The notes beneath the pieces were generated by a model. The model worked only from the letters and a program-made list of their open reading frames with translations. It ran no database searches and was not told where the DNA came from. The position numbers and the translations under genes were made by a program. This document shows, in pieces, positions 1-13,559 of a stretch of DNA of 64,000 nt. Every line of letters starts with the position of its first letter. Position 1 is the first letter of the stretch. The stretch covers positions 22,885 to 86,884 of the forward strand of contig JBHGNT010000103.1 in assembly GCA_043228905.1 (NCBI GenBank), given 5' to 3'. Source of the stretch: Azolla caroliniana. Lineage: Eukaryota; Plantae; Polypodiophyta.

Positions 1-3000
1 GTGGTAGGCGGCATTTTTCGCAAGGTGAATGACACTCTGGTTATCACAATGGAGTTGGAATTCCTCCTGCCGAATTCCCAACTCACTAATAAACTCCTTC
101 ATCCATATGATTTCCTTGCCAGCTTCCACTACGGTCATATATTCGGCTTCCGTGGTCGACAGCGCCACGGCCTTCTGCAACCTCGACTGCCACGAAACAG
201 CTCCCCCTGCATAAGTTATTATGTACTTGGACGTGGATCAGTTGGTATCCATATCAGCCGACATGTCTGAGTCAGTACCTGAACCGAAACGAAGACACAC
301 GTTCGAGGTGCCTTTTAGGTACCGAAGTATCCACTTCCCGGCAACCCAATGTTCTCTTCCGGGGTTGCTCATAGATCAGCTAACCACGCCGACTGCGTAT
401 CCTATGTCTGGGTTGGTACATATCATCGCGTACATTAGGCTTCCAACTGCCGAGGCATAAGGAACTTTTGACATCTCGGCCTTCTCGATTTTTGATTTCG
501 GACATTGTTTTTTGCTTAGTTTGCAGCTCATCGGCAGTGTCGAGTCAACCGGTTTCACATTTTCCATGCCGAATCTCTGGAGCACCTTTGTCACATATTT
601 TTCTTGTGATAGCCACAACAATTTCTTTGTTCAATCCCGAACAATGTGCATCCCCAAGATTTGCTTTGCTGGACCCATATCCTTCATCGAGAACGATCTG
701 CTCAAGGCGTTCTTCAACAGTCGGATCTTCGTATAGTCCCATCTAACAATCAACATGTCGTCCACATACAACAGGAGGATGAGGAAATCTCCTCTGTCAA
801 ACTTCTTCACAAATACACAGTGATTGGCTTGCGTTTTGTGGTACCCGATGTCGATCATGAAGGATTCGAATTTTCTGTACCACTGCCGAGGAGCTTGCTT
901 CAACCCGTACAAGCTCTTCCTTAATCGGCATACGAGATTTTCTTTACCTTTTTCCACAAATCCTTTTGGCTAGTGCATGTATATCTCTTCCTCCAAATCT
1001 CCATGGAGGAAGGCACTCTTGACGTCCAGTTGTTCGACTTTGAGATTCATGTTGGCTGCAATGCTCAGCACGGTTCGGATAGATGTCAGCTTTACGACCG
1101 GGGCAAATATTTCGTCGAAATCGACACCCTTCTTCTATTGAAAACCTTTCACGATAATTCGTACTTTGTACTTGGGTTGATTCCCCCCATCTCCCGATTT
1201 CAACTTGTATACCCATTTATTCCGAAGTGCCTTCTTTCCTCTTGGTAGTTCGGTCAGTTCATATATGTGGTTCTCATGCAAGGAATCCATCGCCTCTTGC
1301 ATGGCACTCAACCACTTTCGGTTGTGGGTATCTTCCTTAGCTTCTTCAAAACTTTTTGGCTCCCCCTCATCGGTTAGCAGTACATGCTCTTCATCAGGAA
1401 ATCTTCGGGGGCCCTCCTTTCTCTTAGGGGGTATCTTCAACCTCCATTCGGCACGATCGGTTCTTCTTCGACTTCTTCGGCCGATTCAAATTTAGTTCCT
1501 TGTTCGGTCGTTTCCCCTTGTTCTTTAGTCAGTTCTCGATTTTGCCGAGTATTAAATCGACCGATTGGCTTGGATTTGATTTTGATCAAATCGGCTTCTA
1601 CTCGATTCGGCCGAGTGTCGACTCGGTTCGATTCGGTAGTTGGAGACTTATTCGCAATCTCCTAGTCGACTATTGTCTTTTCCTCCATGAAGACAATGTC
1701 ACGGCTCCTAATGACTTTCTTCTCAACTAAGTCCGATAGCCGATAGCCAAATTCATCATTGTCATAGCTGAGAAATATACTTGGCCGAGATTTCGGGTCT
1801 AGTTTTCCCCTTTGGTCTTTTGCCACATGCACATTGGCAAGATAGCCGAACACCCTCAGATGTCGGTACGAACCATCGTTGCCGCTCCACACCCTTTGTG
1901 GGATATCACCTTCCAGGGCTACTGAGGGTGATCGGTTTATCACGTACACTGCCGTCATCAGAGCCTCAACCCAAAACGTCTTTGGTAACTTAGCATGTGC
2001 AAGCATACTTCAGACCCTTTCCATTACAGTCTGGTTCATTCTCTCGGCCAGCCCATTAAGCTCTAGTACCTTCGGCACGGTATACTCAAGCCAAATTCCT
2101 TGATTTCGGCAATATTCCTCGAACAATCCACGGTACTCTCTGCCATTGTCCGCTCGGACTGCCTTCAGTGTTTGGCCGGTTTCTCTCTTGGCCCTCACTT
2201 GGAACTCTTTGAAGACAGATAACACTTGATCCTTCGTCTTCAGCACGGAAGCCCATAACTTCCGGCTACAGTCATCAATGAAGGTCACAAAATATTGTGA
2301 ACCACCATGCGACTTCGTGTCCACATAGCATATGTCCGTATGCACGAGTTCCAATGACATTTTCTTCCTCATCAGGGGCCTCATTTGGAAGGATGTTCGA
2401 TTCTATTTACCGGCCAAGCAATCAGTGCACTTCTCAAGTTGCACGTTCTTTACTTCCGGAATGAGGTTGTCCTCGGCAAGCTTTCGCATCCCCTTCTGGC
2501 TCATATGGCACAACCTCATATGCCACAGTTCACCGACAGTGTCGGCTGCCACGTTTGCTTCCCCTCAGCATATTCAAGCATTCATTATGTACAGTGTGTT
2601 GGTTTTCCGGGCTCGAGCCACGATCAGACTTCCCTTGCAGAACTTCCTGACCCCGTTCTAGATGCTACCCGTGTAGCCTTCGTCATCTAGCCAACCGGCT
2701 AATATTAGGTTCAATCAAACCTTTGGAACGTGTCGTACATCTCTCAACACGACTCTGCACCCGGTTGAGGTTTCCAAACACACATCTCCAATGCCGACAA
2801 TTCAACATGCTCCTTCATTTCCCATCTTTACAGATCCCACATCTCCAGCTCTGTAGGATGAGAAGCACATTTGATCAAGGGTTAGGTGAAATGACGCACT
2901 TGACCACCTATGTCGATTCTTCGCCTGCGAGATTCACTTCGTTTTGCTCACTAATGAGCAACAACTCCTCCTCACTCGCGGCGATTGCTGAGGTGTTCTT

Positions 3001-4344
3001 CCTGTTCGGGATTTTCTTTGACTCTACACCATCAACTCCCCCTTTCTCCTTTCGAAAGTGTTGGCAGTTTTTCTGTATGTGCCCCAGCTTCCCATAGTAG
3101 AAGCACATGGGTCTCCCCGTTGACTTTGTCCTGGTCTTTGACTTATCTCGATTCTAGGGACTTTGATTTCGGCTTCTTCCCCGAATCGTGTCACCTTCCG
3201 GGACTAAGGCCTTCTGGTCGGTGCTTGACTCTCGGTCCTTCCGATGAGCTTCTTCATTCAGCAAGCTCGACTTCACTTGCTCTATGGATAGGTGTTTCCC
3301 TTCCGGTCCCGCGTTACCCAACATGACAACCAACGTTTCCCAACTGTCTGGAAGAGATCCCAGCAACAACAATGCTAATACCTCATCAGCTAGAGGTACT
3401 TCTAGAGAGTTGGTTTGGTTCATCAATCCTTGGAAGGCATTGATGTGCTCCGCCATACTGGAGCCATCCTAATACCGAAGCCTCACGATTTTTCGAAATA
3501 CTGAGACTCTATTCACGATGTTCTTGTTTTCGAACATGACACTAATCTTCTTCCATAGGACGTATGCTTATGTTTCTTCACCGAAGTTGTTGTATAGACT
3601 CATGCCTATAAAACACCTTATATATGCGGCCGCCTTTAGATGCAACACTTCCCAAGTCGTTGCATTGATCTTCTCTGGTCTTTTATCTCCAAACTGCACC
3701 GGCAGCCAAAGGTCTTTGCACACGAGCATGTCTCTCATCTTCGACTTCCACATTAAGTACTTGGATCCGGTTAGCTTAAACATGCCGCCGAATCAGTCTT
3801 CCATCGCTCTGATACCACTTTGTTAGGAATCGACCGGCCACAACTGGTTACAGTTCGTATTCGTGTGTAGAAACCAAGAATTAGTACACAGACAGAAAAA
3901 CGTGAAGACACGGAGACACCGATATTTTACGTGGAAAACCCGAAATGGGAAAAGAACACAGGGGTCCACAAACCCCGAGAAAACAGATCACTATAGTAGA
4001 GAGGAAGTACAAATACGAAACTTAGAGGCAACGACCTCGAGTTCTCCTTCGTCTGACAGACGGCTACAAAGTTACACTCTCACTCTCTCACTCACAGTTA
4101 CAGAGGCAACTACTTGGTTCTAACTTTACAATAATGATCAACTCTCTTCATAAAGTTTTCCCTAGTTGCTTATAAACGAAAGAAACTTTCTAGCTATTTA
4201 CAAGTATAGCCCCCCAAGAGGCATTTTAGACTATTTACAATTATAGTCTTCCGAAACGATTTCAATTTCAATTTCTTCTCACCAATTTGGTTCTCGGCCA
4301 ACTTGTTTCTTCTCTTCCCATCTTGAGGGACCTATTTCCCAACA
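1..4344 (-). mobile_element. Decayed Ty1/Copia LTR retrotransposon (5' LTR, PBS, gag-PR-INT-RT-RH); runs off the window start
   Basis: Fragmented minus-strand ORFs in Copia order: Gag (LLLLGSLPDSWETLV; degenerate knuckle CFYYGKLGHIQKNC), INT (LVHTDIC..YFVTFIDD, NGLAERMNQT), RT (SLYGLKQAPRQWY, LLLYVDDML, VPYASAVGSLMYAM). Many stops and frameshifts. Confidence 0.95.
3821..4344 (-). repeat. 5' LTR of the Copia element (524 bp), with PBS TGGTATCAGAGC (tRNA-iMet type) at 3806-3817
   Basis: Ends TGTTAGGAA...TTCCCAACA (imperfect inverted termini). GCTCTGATACCA lies 3 nt inside. Confidence 0.85.
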
Positions 4345-5030
4345 CAACGAGACAATCAATTAACTTGTAATAAGAGAAATACAATCGGACTCGGCTAGTA
4401 ACAGAGCTTTGAGATCTCCACACTCACACACATATACCCAAGCATCTAGTTGTGGACACACGAGGCATGGCAATACAAGACTCAGCTTGTTGCTGGCTCC
4501 CAAGATGGGACCTCTTTGTGTGTCAAATCCAATGTTGCATCGTTGGCTCCTTCGACGTAGCTCCAGTACCCATTTTTGAGCAGGCACTGGTGCATCTTGT
4601 ATGACCAAGATGCGTAGTTGTTTCTCCGTTGGAAGTGAGCCACCCATACCTCTATCCATGTTCTTGTTGTTTGAGGAAGAAAATTCTTCAAATCTATGTT
4701 AATTTGCTTTGATGGCAACAGAGGATTCTTCTGGCCCTCGCACTCTGATATCATGTAAAGAATTATGTACGCAGAAACTTGTACACAAATACAGTCAGTT
4801 GAACCAAACAATAACAATAGTTAGGTAAACACAAAGAATGGAAAATACACAGTATGAGAGAGAGACATAGTGAACATACAACAAACTTAGATTCAAAATG
4901 AATATACTCTGTACATAGAAATGTGCTCAAAGAGCAATTTAAATACAAGCCCTGACAATGGGTTGACAAGTACTGACAAGTACTTGAGTGCTCATTAAAT
5001 GACCGTCTAACACTAACACCCAAGTTATTC
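4345..5030 (-). mobile_element. Copia fragment (gag N-terminus, degenerate PBS, partial LTR starting 4754), cut at the neighbouring element
   Basis: RRNNYASWSYKMHQCLLKNGYWSYVEG is a Copia gag N-terminal motif. CACTCTGATATCA abuts TGTAAAGAA at 4754. Right boundary approximate. Confidence 0.7.
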
Positions 5031-5219
5031 CTTCGTGGAATATCGGTCCAAACGGCCTGCCGATCTAGCTCTCGGCTTCTTCAGCCAATCCAGACCTAAG
5101 CAATCAGTTTCCATCAGATCTAGTTCTTGGCTTCTACAACCGACCTGTCCCAAGTTGACCCTGCTCGCTCAATAAAGTAATTCGGACTCCAACCGGCATT
5201 ATGATCTCCCAACAACATT

Positions 5220-6550
5220 ACATCCTCAACTTATTATATAAGTTCGAGATGACTGAGTATAAGTCTATGGCAACCCCACTTGATTGAAACCTAAAGCTAA
5301 TTGCGACTCTGGCATAGAAGAGTGTGAACCGACTCAGTATCGACAACTAATTGGAAGCCGCATCTATCTCACGATCACTCGACCCAGCCTCAACTATCCG
5401 GTCGGCCTCCTTAGCCAATTCATGCAAACTCCACGCAATATTCATTTAGATTGTGCTAAGTGAGTATATTATGATACGTGAGTGGAACAATGGACTACGG
5501 AATTCTCTACAAATCGGCCACATCAATTCGACTCAAAGGATATATAGATGTCAATCGGGTAGGCTACAGAGCTGACCAATGATTGACCTCAGGGTTCTTC
5601 TTCTCTCTAGGAAGTGGAGCCATCTCCTGGAATAGCAAGAAGCAACCGACCATCGCACTTTCGAGCCAAAGGCCGAATACAGGGGCACTGTTATGGTTGC
5701 ATGTGACGTTGTTTGGTTGAAGAGAATATTGAGGGATCTAGGCATTTCCATCAAGTAACTGGCTCAAAACCCGGTGTTCAATGTGAGCACGAAGCATATA
5801 GAAGTGCACTATCACTTCATCTGAGAGTGCATTCAAGTTGGAGATGTCGACCTTCAACACATCAACACGAATCTTCAGACAGTCGACATCTTCACCAAAG
5901 TCATAGGAGCTGACAAGCCTCAGCAATTCATGTCAGACCTTGGATTGACGATCTATGACTTGCCAAGCTTGATGGGGAGTACAAGAGAGAACCAGATACC
6001 AGCCAAAGCGGACATTAGTTGAGATGGACACTATAGGAAGGCCGAAAGTCGAAAGCCAACCAAAGTTGAGTTTGAGGGTGCGTGTTGAGAATCAAGCTCA
6101 ACCTAGTCTAGTGTGTGAACACATCTTTTGAGAATCTATGAGCACTCAAAGGTCAAAGGTCACCACTACCTTCTACACATTAACTATGTGTCAAAGAATC
6201 ATGTTCTATGTATGACACATAACTAATGAGTTTCATATTCCCCATGACTAATGAGTGTCCACATTCCCCAAGGATTTAGAGAGAGAGTGTATATTTTAGT
6301 GAGATAATGTAGAAAGAGGTTGACCTTATATAAAGCACCCTCCTAATTTGTAATGTGTTGGTTAACCTCCTTTGTAATATTCATATTGTTGTAGTTATTC
6401 TCCATTTCTAATACGTACATCTTCTTGAGTATTTCATTTTCCTATCTATCTTGCGTCTCTCTTCTCTCCTCTTCCACACACACACAACACACATCTCTAA
6501 ACTATTCTGCTGCATAGAATCACACTTGATTCTTTATATGGTATCAGAGC
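5220..6550 (+). mobile_element. Copia 3' part (RT end and RNase H), PPT, LTR 6083-6538, followed directly by a PBS
   Basis: Decayed QYRQLIGS.IYLTITRP, LGSGAISWNSKKQPTIALSS, KHIEVHYHFI, DIFTK. PPT-like TTGAGGGTGCG precedes TGTTGAGA (6083). TGGTATCAGAGC at 6539-6550. Confidence 0.85.
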
Positions 6551-6569
6551 GATTTGGTAGCTTGATCTA

Positions 6570-7140
6570 GCCCATCCTCATGTCACTGTGGACCCATTGA
6601 ACACTACATCCGAACTTCAAACGATTTGTGTGTGCTCTAGGGTTCCAAAGTCAGTATCCGATCTCTTTGTTTGGTCCATAGCCAAGGAAAATGCATTTCT
6701 TGGACCTCGGTTCAAGTTTGCGGCAATCGTCCTTCGATATGAGGACGTATGCTTCACATCCGAAAATCCGCAGCTTGTCGTAATTCGACTTAGTGCTCGT
6801 CCATAATTCCAAAGGTATTTGAAGTCCTAAAGGCCTACTCAGTGACATAATGATTATGTGCACTATCATAAATAGAGCCTCTGTCCAGAATCCATCCGAC
6901 AACCTAGAGTGTTGGAGCATGGACACTATTCGTTCTTGAATTGTCTGATTCATCCGCTCAGCAGATCCATTCTACTCCGAACTATGAGGTTTCGTGTATT
7001 CACGTCGAATGTCGCTTTATCGGCAAAATTCGACGAATTCTTCAGACTTAAACTCTCCCCCATTGTCAGTTCAAAGGCATTTTAGCTTTCAACCGTATTG
7101 GTTCTCTTCTATGGCGAGCAATTCTTGGAAGATCGAGAAA
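6570..7140 (-). mobile_element. Copia integrase fragment
   Basis: MNQTIQERIVSML..FWTEA..LRIFGCEAYV..KLEPRSKKCIFLGYG. Confidence 0.85.
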
Positions 7141-7769
7141 ACCTGAGTCGTACCTGGTATTGGCGCATTCGCTACAAGAGTTGAATCACCACAAGCATAG
7201 AGTCTCAATGTAGTTGAATCATGTCCTAATGATGGTAGCTAGCCCTCATATTTATAGCCACACCTTAGGCCCCTAAACAAGTTCACACTTGGCCCTTATG
7301 GGTTGTCCCAATTCCTAGGATTAAAAGTAATCCTTCCTTCTTTACACTCTCGTTGAACCCTCACACTTTATCCACGTGTATAGAATACTACGGTATAATC
7401 TTACCATGGGATAATTTATGGTCATGCACGTAACAAAGATGCTTGTAATACCTCTTCAAGTGTTTGTTAAATGTATACAATGTCAGATGGCTACACAAGG
7501 AATGTATGTACTACCTCCCCGAGTGTTTGTTAGATGTACATGAAATTCACAAGCATGCGTGTGAAAAACAACACGACTACTGGGAACCTGGACCAAAGAA
7601 GATTGTGTCCTTGATGAAGAATTACGTTTAAAAAAAACTCCACTTGGTATGTGTTAAATCACTTAGAGTTTCCTCATTTTGAGAATGTAGCTTGCAAGTG
7701 AATGATAGCCTTCAAGGGTACTAATTTGTATCATTGTATGCGGGTTAGTGTAAATATGTGTACGTATAT

Positions 7770-7794
7770 ATGTGTGTGTGTGTGTGTGTGTGTG
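7770..7794. repeat. (TG)n microsatellite
   Basis: About 12 TG units seen directly. Confidence 0.95.
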
Positions 7795-10763
7795 AATGTG
7801 TAAATAAGTTTTGTATTATATGTGTAATATTTCATGAGTTTATTTAGGTGTATTTGTATATGTGGCCAAAACTTTACTATTTGTATGTGTATCAGTGCTA
7901 GTGGCCAACAAGACTAGGGCCAATTTTAAGGTTGTGAATCTATGAACCCCTCCATAACCATAAATTCGTAACATTCATCATCATCTATCCTATTGACATG
8001 AACCTCATCAAACATATATTATTTGAGCCATAGATGACTTGACAATAATTAATTGGTGGAATCTTAGCATATGACAGATTTAAGACAATATCATTAGTTA
8101 GGTTAATAAGAAATGGGAAATTTGTATATGTTCTACAATTTTCTATATTGATGGTTCAATTGTGAAACTTTACAAAGTAGTTAGATAAAAAAAATTAATT
8201 CCTTCTTGTTACAAATGACATGTATAGTAATAGGAAAATGGCTGATCCGGAATTTCTTATTAGGGTCAAAAAGTTTGCCCAACACTACCTTCAAGTATAA
8301 ATCTAGTTTTTATCGAAGATGTGATTCAAAACAACCTTCAATCATTTGCTCTGTTTGTGTAAAGAGGAACACCATTAACTTTTGATCTTGTGGAAAAGAG
8401 AAAAGATTGCATATTATTGTTGCTAATGTAAAATAATAATAAACCTTAATCTACTTATTATGTTTCCTTGAGATTGTGATCATCTTACTCATTTAATTCT
8501 TCACGATGGTGTAAATTTTTTTCTTCAATAATTTGTGTCCATGATTATTACTATTGTGTAAATACTCAAACTTCTCAAACTAAGGTCAAATCTGTATTAG
8601 GCAAAGAAACCCAAATTGCCGAACCCACTAGAAAACTTTGCCATGTGCTTTTATCTTATTGCTTGCCACCGTCATGACAACTTTCTAGTGCTTCCACTTA
8701 CAAGAATTTCGTGCATTATTTTATGTATTCCCTTTCAAATCAGCTTAGCTATCAATGTACTATATTGATCAAGATGTAGATCTCATCCGCACAAGCTATA
8801 GTTAAACATATAATTTCCTTGCTTTTCATATGTCCTTGTAAGCCATAGAATTTAATAAATATTCAATTTGTGAGATATACATAGCAATGATACAAAATAG
8901 TTTAACCATTCTTATCAACAATTTTTATTATGAAAATAGGAATAGTGAAGGACGGCACACACCTAAATATTTTCTCTTTATTTATTATTCCAAGGTTATT
9001 TGGCCTCGCTTCTTCTATGTAGTAAGGATCTAATGTGCTGCATTAAGAGTTGCGGGGTCTGAATGAGATTAAATTTAGTTGTGATCATTCCCTCGTATTT
9101 CGTAGATGTGTATTGTGGCCTCATTGTTAGACTGGATGCGAAGGGTTATATATGAAAAGGGAAAAAACGCTATCTTGTGAATCAAGTGCTTGGCTACAAT
9201 TAGAGTTGTTTAACAATTTAGCAACAAACTTCAAGAGAGTAGTTGTTGTGTCCTTCAATTACATCCCCGGGAAACTCCAAACGATGAAATAATATGATGA
9301 GGCTCACAAACTACTTTGACCTTCAAAGAATACCACAATTTTCTCTATGCGCATGGCCATATATAGATCATGGCAATGAAATTGCATGTAAATTAGAGAT
9401 AAAGTACTACAAAAAATAATACAATTGATTATCAAAGCCTACTTGAGTGCACTCTTGTAGAATGGTATGTGTGCATGCAATAATTATACAAAAATGTTGA
9501 CACTTGGCTGTTGGTGTTAGATGAGGGCACATCGAGAACCCCGCTTACTATTGTCATGATTTAAAAGTTTGTCCTAAGCAAGGAAAAAGACATGAGCCAT
9601 ATATTTTGTATGATATGGGCACACGGAAATCCTTTACCATCCCCAAATTTAGCCTTCTAGGCACCAAAATCTTTAGGTATTAGGGTACTTGATGAGTGGT
9701 TTAACAAGCTTGTCACATTTAGTCGTGGACACAATCATACATGAACATGCCCCTCAATTGATTCAAGTCAAAAGACTTTATTTAAATAGGCTTTGTTATT
9801 ATGGTGATATCAAAAGATAAACACGGTCAAGTTATCATAGTTCGATGAGTCTTTTTCTTTGTTCAATTGGAAACAAAACACCACCACGTGAAGATGAAGG
9901 AAATTAGAATTTTGAGTCAAGTGCAAACATGAAGATGAAGGAAATTTGAAAATTAGAGCATCTAATTATTCTTATTAATGTCTAACTCTCCATCTGGTAA
10001 AAATAGCGTGTTGAAGGAACTTTAATCTAATGAGGTTAAGAATGAGTATTGGATATCATGTTGCCAAATGGTCTTCAATCAACCCACTCTAAATGATTTC
10101 TTCTTAATGCATTCTCTCAAGCAAGTCATTGTATGATTGTCTCTTGCTTCCTTGATTTTTCCCTTGACAACTTTTAGATTTTTTGTAAAGCAAAATATAT
10201 CCCAATGAATATCCAAAGAACTTTCATTGCTCTTTAATTTAACAGTATCTTTTATCACCCATACATATAGCATATAAATTACAAGTCATAAGAAATATTA
10301 GGAGCGTTATGACAAGTCTCTTGTCTTAATTGGTGGATGTCCTCTTTTGGTTTGACCTTTTTTTCTATATTTAATTAGTTGATTAACACGTGGTTAAATA
10401 TACATGGTTGGATGAAAGGTACGTCATGTTTTGCTTTAAGAGCAATGGAATGATATTTCTATTAAGTAAGTAGCTTTTTGCATGTGCAATGGGATAAGAT
10501 GTTTCCATCAATTTTGTCCTTTCTATGCTCTGTAGGAGAATCAAGTGAATTGAAGTAATAACTTGTATATAATAAACTGTGAACCTCTCGACTTTTACTT
10601 ACTCTGGGGAATCAATGCAATTTAGGTCTTCGAGTCTTAATGGTTGAGTTTGGGCCCTGGGGTGTATTCATATATTTTCGGTGCTAACACCCATAAGGCC
10701 CCCATTTCATTATAGAAATAGTAGTGGGAGCATTACTACTCACCACCAACACATGCGAATACG

Positions 10764-10893
10764 ATTACAACTCACCACGATAACATATATCTATGTATAC
10801 AATTACAACTCACCACGACAACATATATCTATGTATACCATTACAACTCACCAAGACAAAATATATCTATAGCATTACAACTCATCAATGACA
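10764..10893. repeat. ~38-bp minisatellite, about 3.5 copies, just downstream of PAL
   Basis: Unit ATTACAACTCACCACGA(T/C)AACATATATCTATGTATAC. Confidence 0.9.
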
Positions 10894-11140
10894 TGTAAAA
10901 GAAAAGAAGATAAAAGTTCACATTGTAAAGAAACAGAATGTGTAAATGTAGGTAGGGTATTTGTCAATTGTCATTTATTATTGTTAATTATTGTTGTGCC
11001 CTTAGCTTAGTAACGATAGAGGGGCATTGTTTCGAATTTAGGCAAAAGTAGAGAGATAACTTGCAAAAAGTAGAGAGAGGGAAACTGAGTGATAGAAGAA
11101 GAGAAGGGAAGAGAAGGTTTGGATGCTTCCCCAGTCCTGT

Positions 11141-13465
11141 TTACACTCCAAGGGACCAATAGCCTTTCCCGGCAGTGGCGGACGGAGACCGGACATTGTC
11201 GAACCATGCCCAATAAGTAGGGTTAAACACTGCCGGCGAGGCCGGCACGGTCCGAGGAGTGAATGGTCCAGCCGACCGGCGCCACCCTTCTAAGCATTTC
11301 AGCAAAGGTATTAGGAGCTTGCCCTCGAGGAACGTGATGAAAACCTTCTCAATGTCCTCCCCTGGGCTCCTTGTCGCGGTACCCCTAAGGAGATCGGTAC
11401 CTAGTTCGGTCCTCACTAGCTTGTACAAGGGGTAGGTTCGGCACTTTTTGATCCGGTTTGGAACGGCGTAGTCGCCCGAATCATAGCGTTCCCTAGCCTT
11501 GGGGATCTCCTCATCAAGGAGCGCTTTTAGGTTTGCCTCGAAGGTCGGGATCTTCTTGAATAGCTCGGGCACCGATGTTTCGTCATTCGATGATGCTTGT
11601 GACTTTAGGGCTTGCTCGACCAACACCTCTCGGAGTTGTAGCATTAGAGAATAGGCAGGATTGGACGCATTGTCGATGTAGGAGAACACGGGCTGGTGCT
11701 CGACAACTTGCAAGAGCTCCTTCTCCGAGAATTTGGTCGGGAAGGGCGAGCCCTTGTCGGTGGCATTGAGATCATCATGGAAAGTGGATGTGATGGCCTT
11801 CTCCACAAGCTTCTTCACCACTTCCTTCATGTTCTCTTCCAAGTGTCGGAGATCCACGGCTTGGCAGAGTGCGATCAAGTAGGTGGACGACATGAGCTTG
11901 AGGATCTCGACCGCCTCGGCTGACTTCCGGGCCGAGATGAGGCCGAGGGAGTTCACATCTTGGTTGTGTTGTTCCGCACTTTGGACGTGAGTTGTCACGG
12001 GGTTAGCAAGGTATTGGAGCTCGGAGCAATATGCGGCCATTGCGATCTCCGCACCCTTCATGCCATAGTCGAGGCTCGGGTTGGGCCCCCCTGAGAGGTT
12101 GGAGGGTAGGCCGGAGTTGTAGTAGTCGCAAACGAGCTCCGAGAATTGGGCGAACATGAGCTTACCGATGGCCGCGAGCGCGATCCGGATGTTGTCCATG
12201 GACACCCCGATGGGAGTCCCTTGGAAGTTCCCGCCGTGGAGGGCCATGTCCCGTGACACATCGATGAGAGGGTTGTCGTTCACCGAGTTGATCTCTCGCT
12301 CGATCGCGTGTGTAGCGAACCTTATCACCTCCACCTGGGGGCCGAGCCACTGGGGCGAGGTACGCAACGCGTACCGGTCTTGCTTCGGCTTCGACAAGGG
12401 GTCATTCTCATGGAGCTTTGCGGCTGCCTTCATGTAGGAGCTCCCTTCGAGCAAGAACTCCATGACCGCGGCGGCCTCGATCTGCCCCGGGTGATGCTTG
12501 AGCTGGTGCGTGAGTGGATCAGTGAACTCGGGCTTCCCTTGCATGACCTCGCAGAAGAGGGCCGACAAGACCTCGGCCAGGAGGACCAGGACATTGGAGT
12601 CGAAGCAAACGTGGGATGCGACCGCGGCCCCAACCGAGGTCCCATTGACTAGGGCCAATCCTTCCTTGGGTTGGATCTCGAAGGGCTCCTCGATCCCCGC
12701 CAGCTTTAGGGCCTCGATCGCCTTGAGCTCGCGGCCATCGGGCACCACAGCCACCGAATTCGGCCTCGCGGTGATGAGCCCGGCAATGTAAGAGAGCGGC
12801 ACAAGGTCCCCGGATGCTGTGATCGTACCGCGGAGCGGGATCTTCGGTATCACATTGGCGCAGATCAGCTTCCTCATTGCATCCAGGATCGCCCACCGGA
12901 TGCCCGAGTAGCCTTGCATCAATGTGTTCGTCCGGACGAGCATGGCCGCACGCGCGTACTTGATGGGCAAAGTGCAGCCGTCCGACGGGCGGGCGATGAC
13001 CCCTGCGTTGAGGAAGCGTATCAGCTCCTTTTGTAGATCAGTGGCTTGTGTTGTCCGGCGGTGTGAAGTGGCCCCGAACCCCGTCGTGACCCCGTAAGTG
13101 TCGGTCCCCTTTAGAATGTTGTTGAGGACCCAGTTGGAGCTCTCGTCCACACGAGCCTTGGCTTCGGCTTCATCGAGCTCGACCACCACGGATGCGCGTT
13201 GCGTGATGGCCGTGACTTGGCCGACCGTGAGGCTACTCCCCCGTAGGACCACTGACTCGGTCTCCAGGAACTGGCGAACCATGCCTCGCACCTCATCGAA
13301 GTGGCTCGACTGGAGTGCCTCCGCGGCCTTCACCCAATGGGGGGGCTTCGCCACAGGGCCATCGATGAAGAGCGCATTCACACCGGCCACAGGCAACGGC
13401 AATGTGGGCGGGCGACGGAGCTCAGACAGCTTGGACTCCGCGGTAGAGTTGTTAGTGGTGGCCAT
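11141..13465 (-). CDS. PAL: Phenylalanine ammonia-lyase, intronless, 774 aa from MATTNNS
   Basis: Intact ORF with MIO motif [34 protein letters not shown] (FL = Phe-specific), [14 protein letters not shown] and [13 protein letters not shown]. The 43 upstream codons in the ORF track are microsatellite-containing 5' UTR. Confidence 0.97.
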   Translation of the reverse strand: MATTNNSTAESKLSELRRPPTLPLPVAGVNALFIDGPVAKPPHWVKAAEALQSSHFDEVRGMVRQFLETESVVLRGSSLTVGQVTAITQRASVVVELDEAEAKARVDESSNWVLNNILKGTDTYGVTTGFGATSHRRTTQATDLQKELIRFLNAGVIARPSDGCTLPIKYARAAMLVRTNTLMQGYSGIRWAILDAMRKLICANVIPKIPLRGTITASGDLVPLSYIAGLITARPNSVAVVPDGRELKAIEALKLAGIEEPFEIQPKEGLALVNGTSVGAAVASHVCFDSNVLVLLAEVLSALFCEVMQGKPEFTDPLTHQLKHHPGQIEAAAVMEFLLEGSSYMKAAAKLHENDPLSKPKQDRYALRTSPQWLGPQVEVIRFATHAIEREINSVNDNPLIDVSRDMALHGGNFQGTPIGVSMDNIRIALAAIGKLMFAQFSELVCDYYNSGLPSNLSGGPNPSLDYGMKGAEIAMAAYCSELQYLANPVTTHVQSAEQHNQDVNSLGLISARKSAEAVEILKLMSSTYLIALCQAVDLRHLEENMKEVVKKLVEKAITSTFHDDLNATDKGSPFPTKFSEKELLQVVEHQPVFSYIDNASNPAYSLMLQLREVLVEQALKSQASSNDETSVPELFKKIPTFEANLKALLDEEIPKARERYDSGDYAVPNRIKKCRTYPLYKLVRTELGTDLLRGTATRSPGEDIEKVFITFLEGKLLIPLLKCLEGWRRSAGPFTPRTVPASPAVFNPTYWAWFDNVRSPSATAGKGYWSLGV

Positions 13466-13525
13466 GGTTGTCCAAAACAAACAAATTGAGGCTAGATGAT
13501 GGAAGAAATGGTTCAATGATGTATA

Positions 13526-13559
<34 letters not shown>

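Noticed and set aside
7140-7435. Possible LTR remnant (TATAAATA on minus, ends TAACA)
   Set aside because: No partner LTR, PBS/PPT or TSD identifiable.
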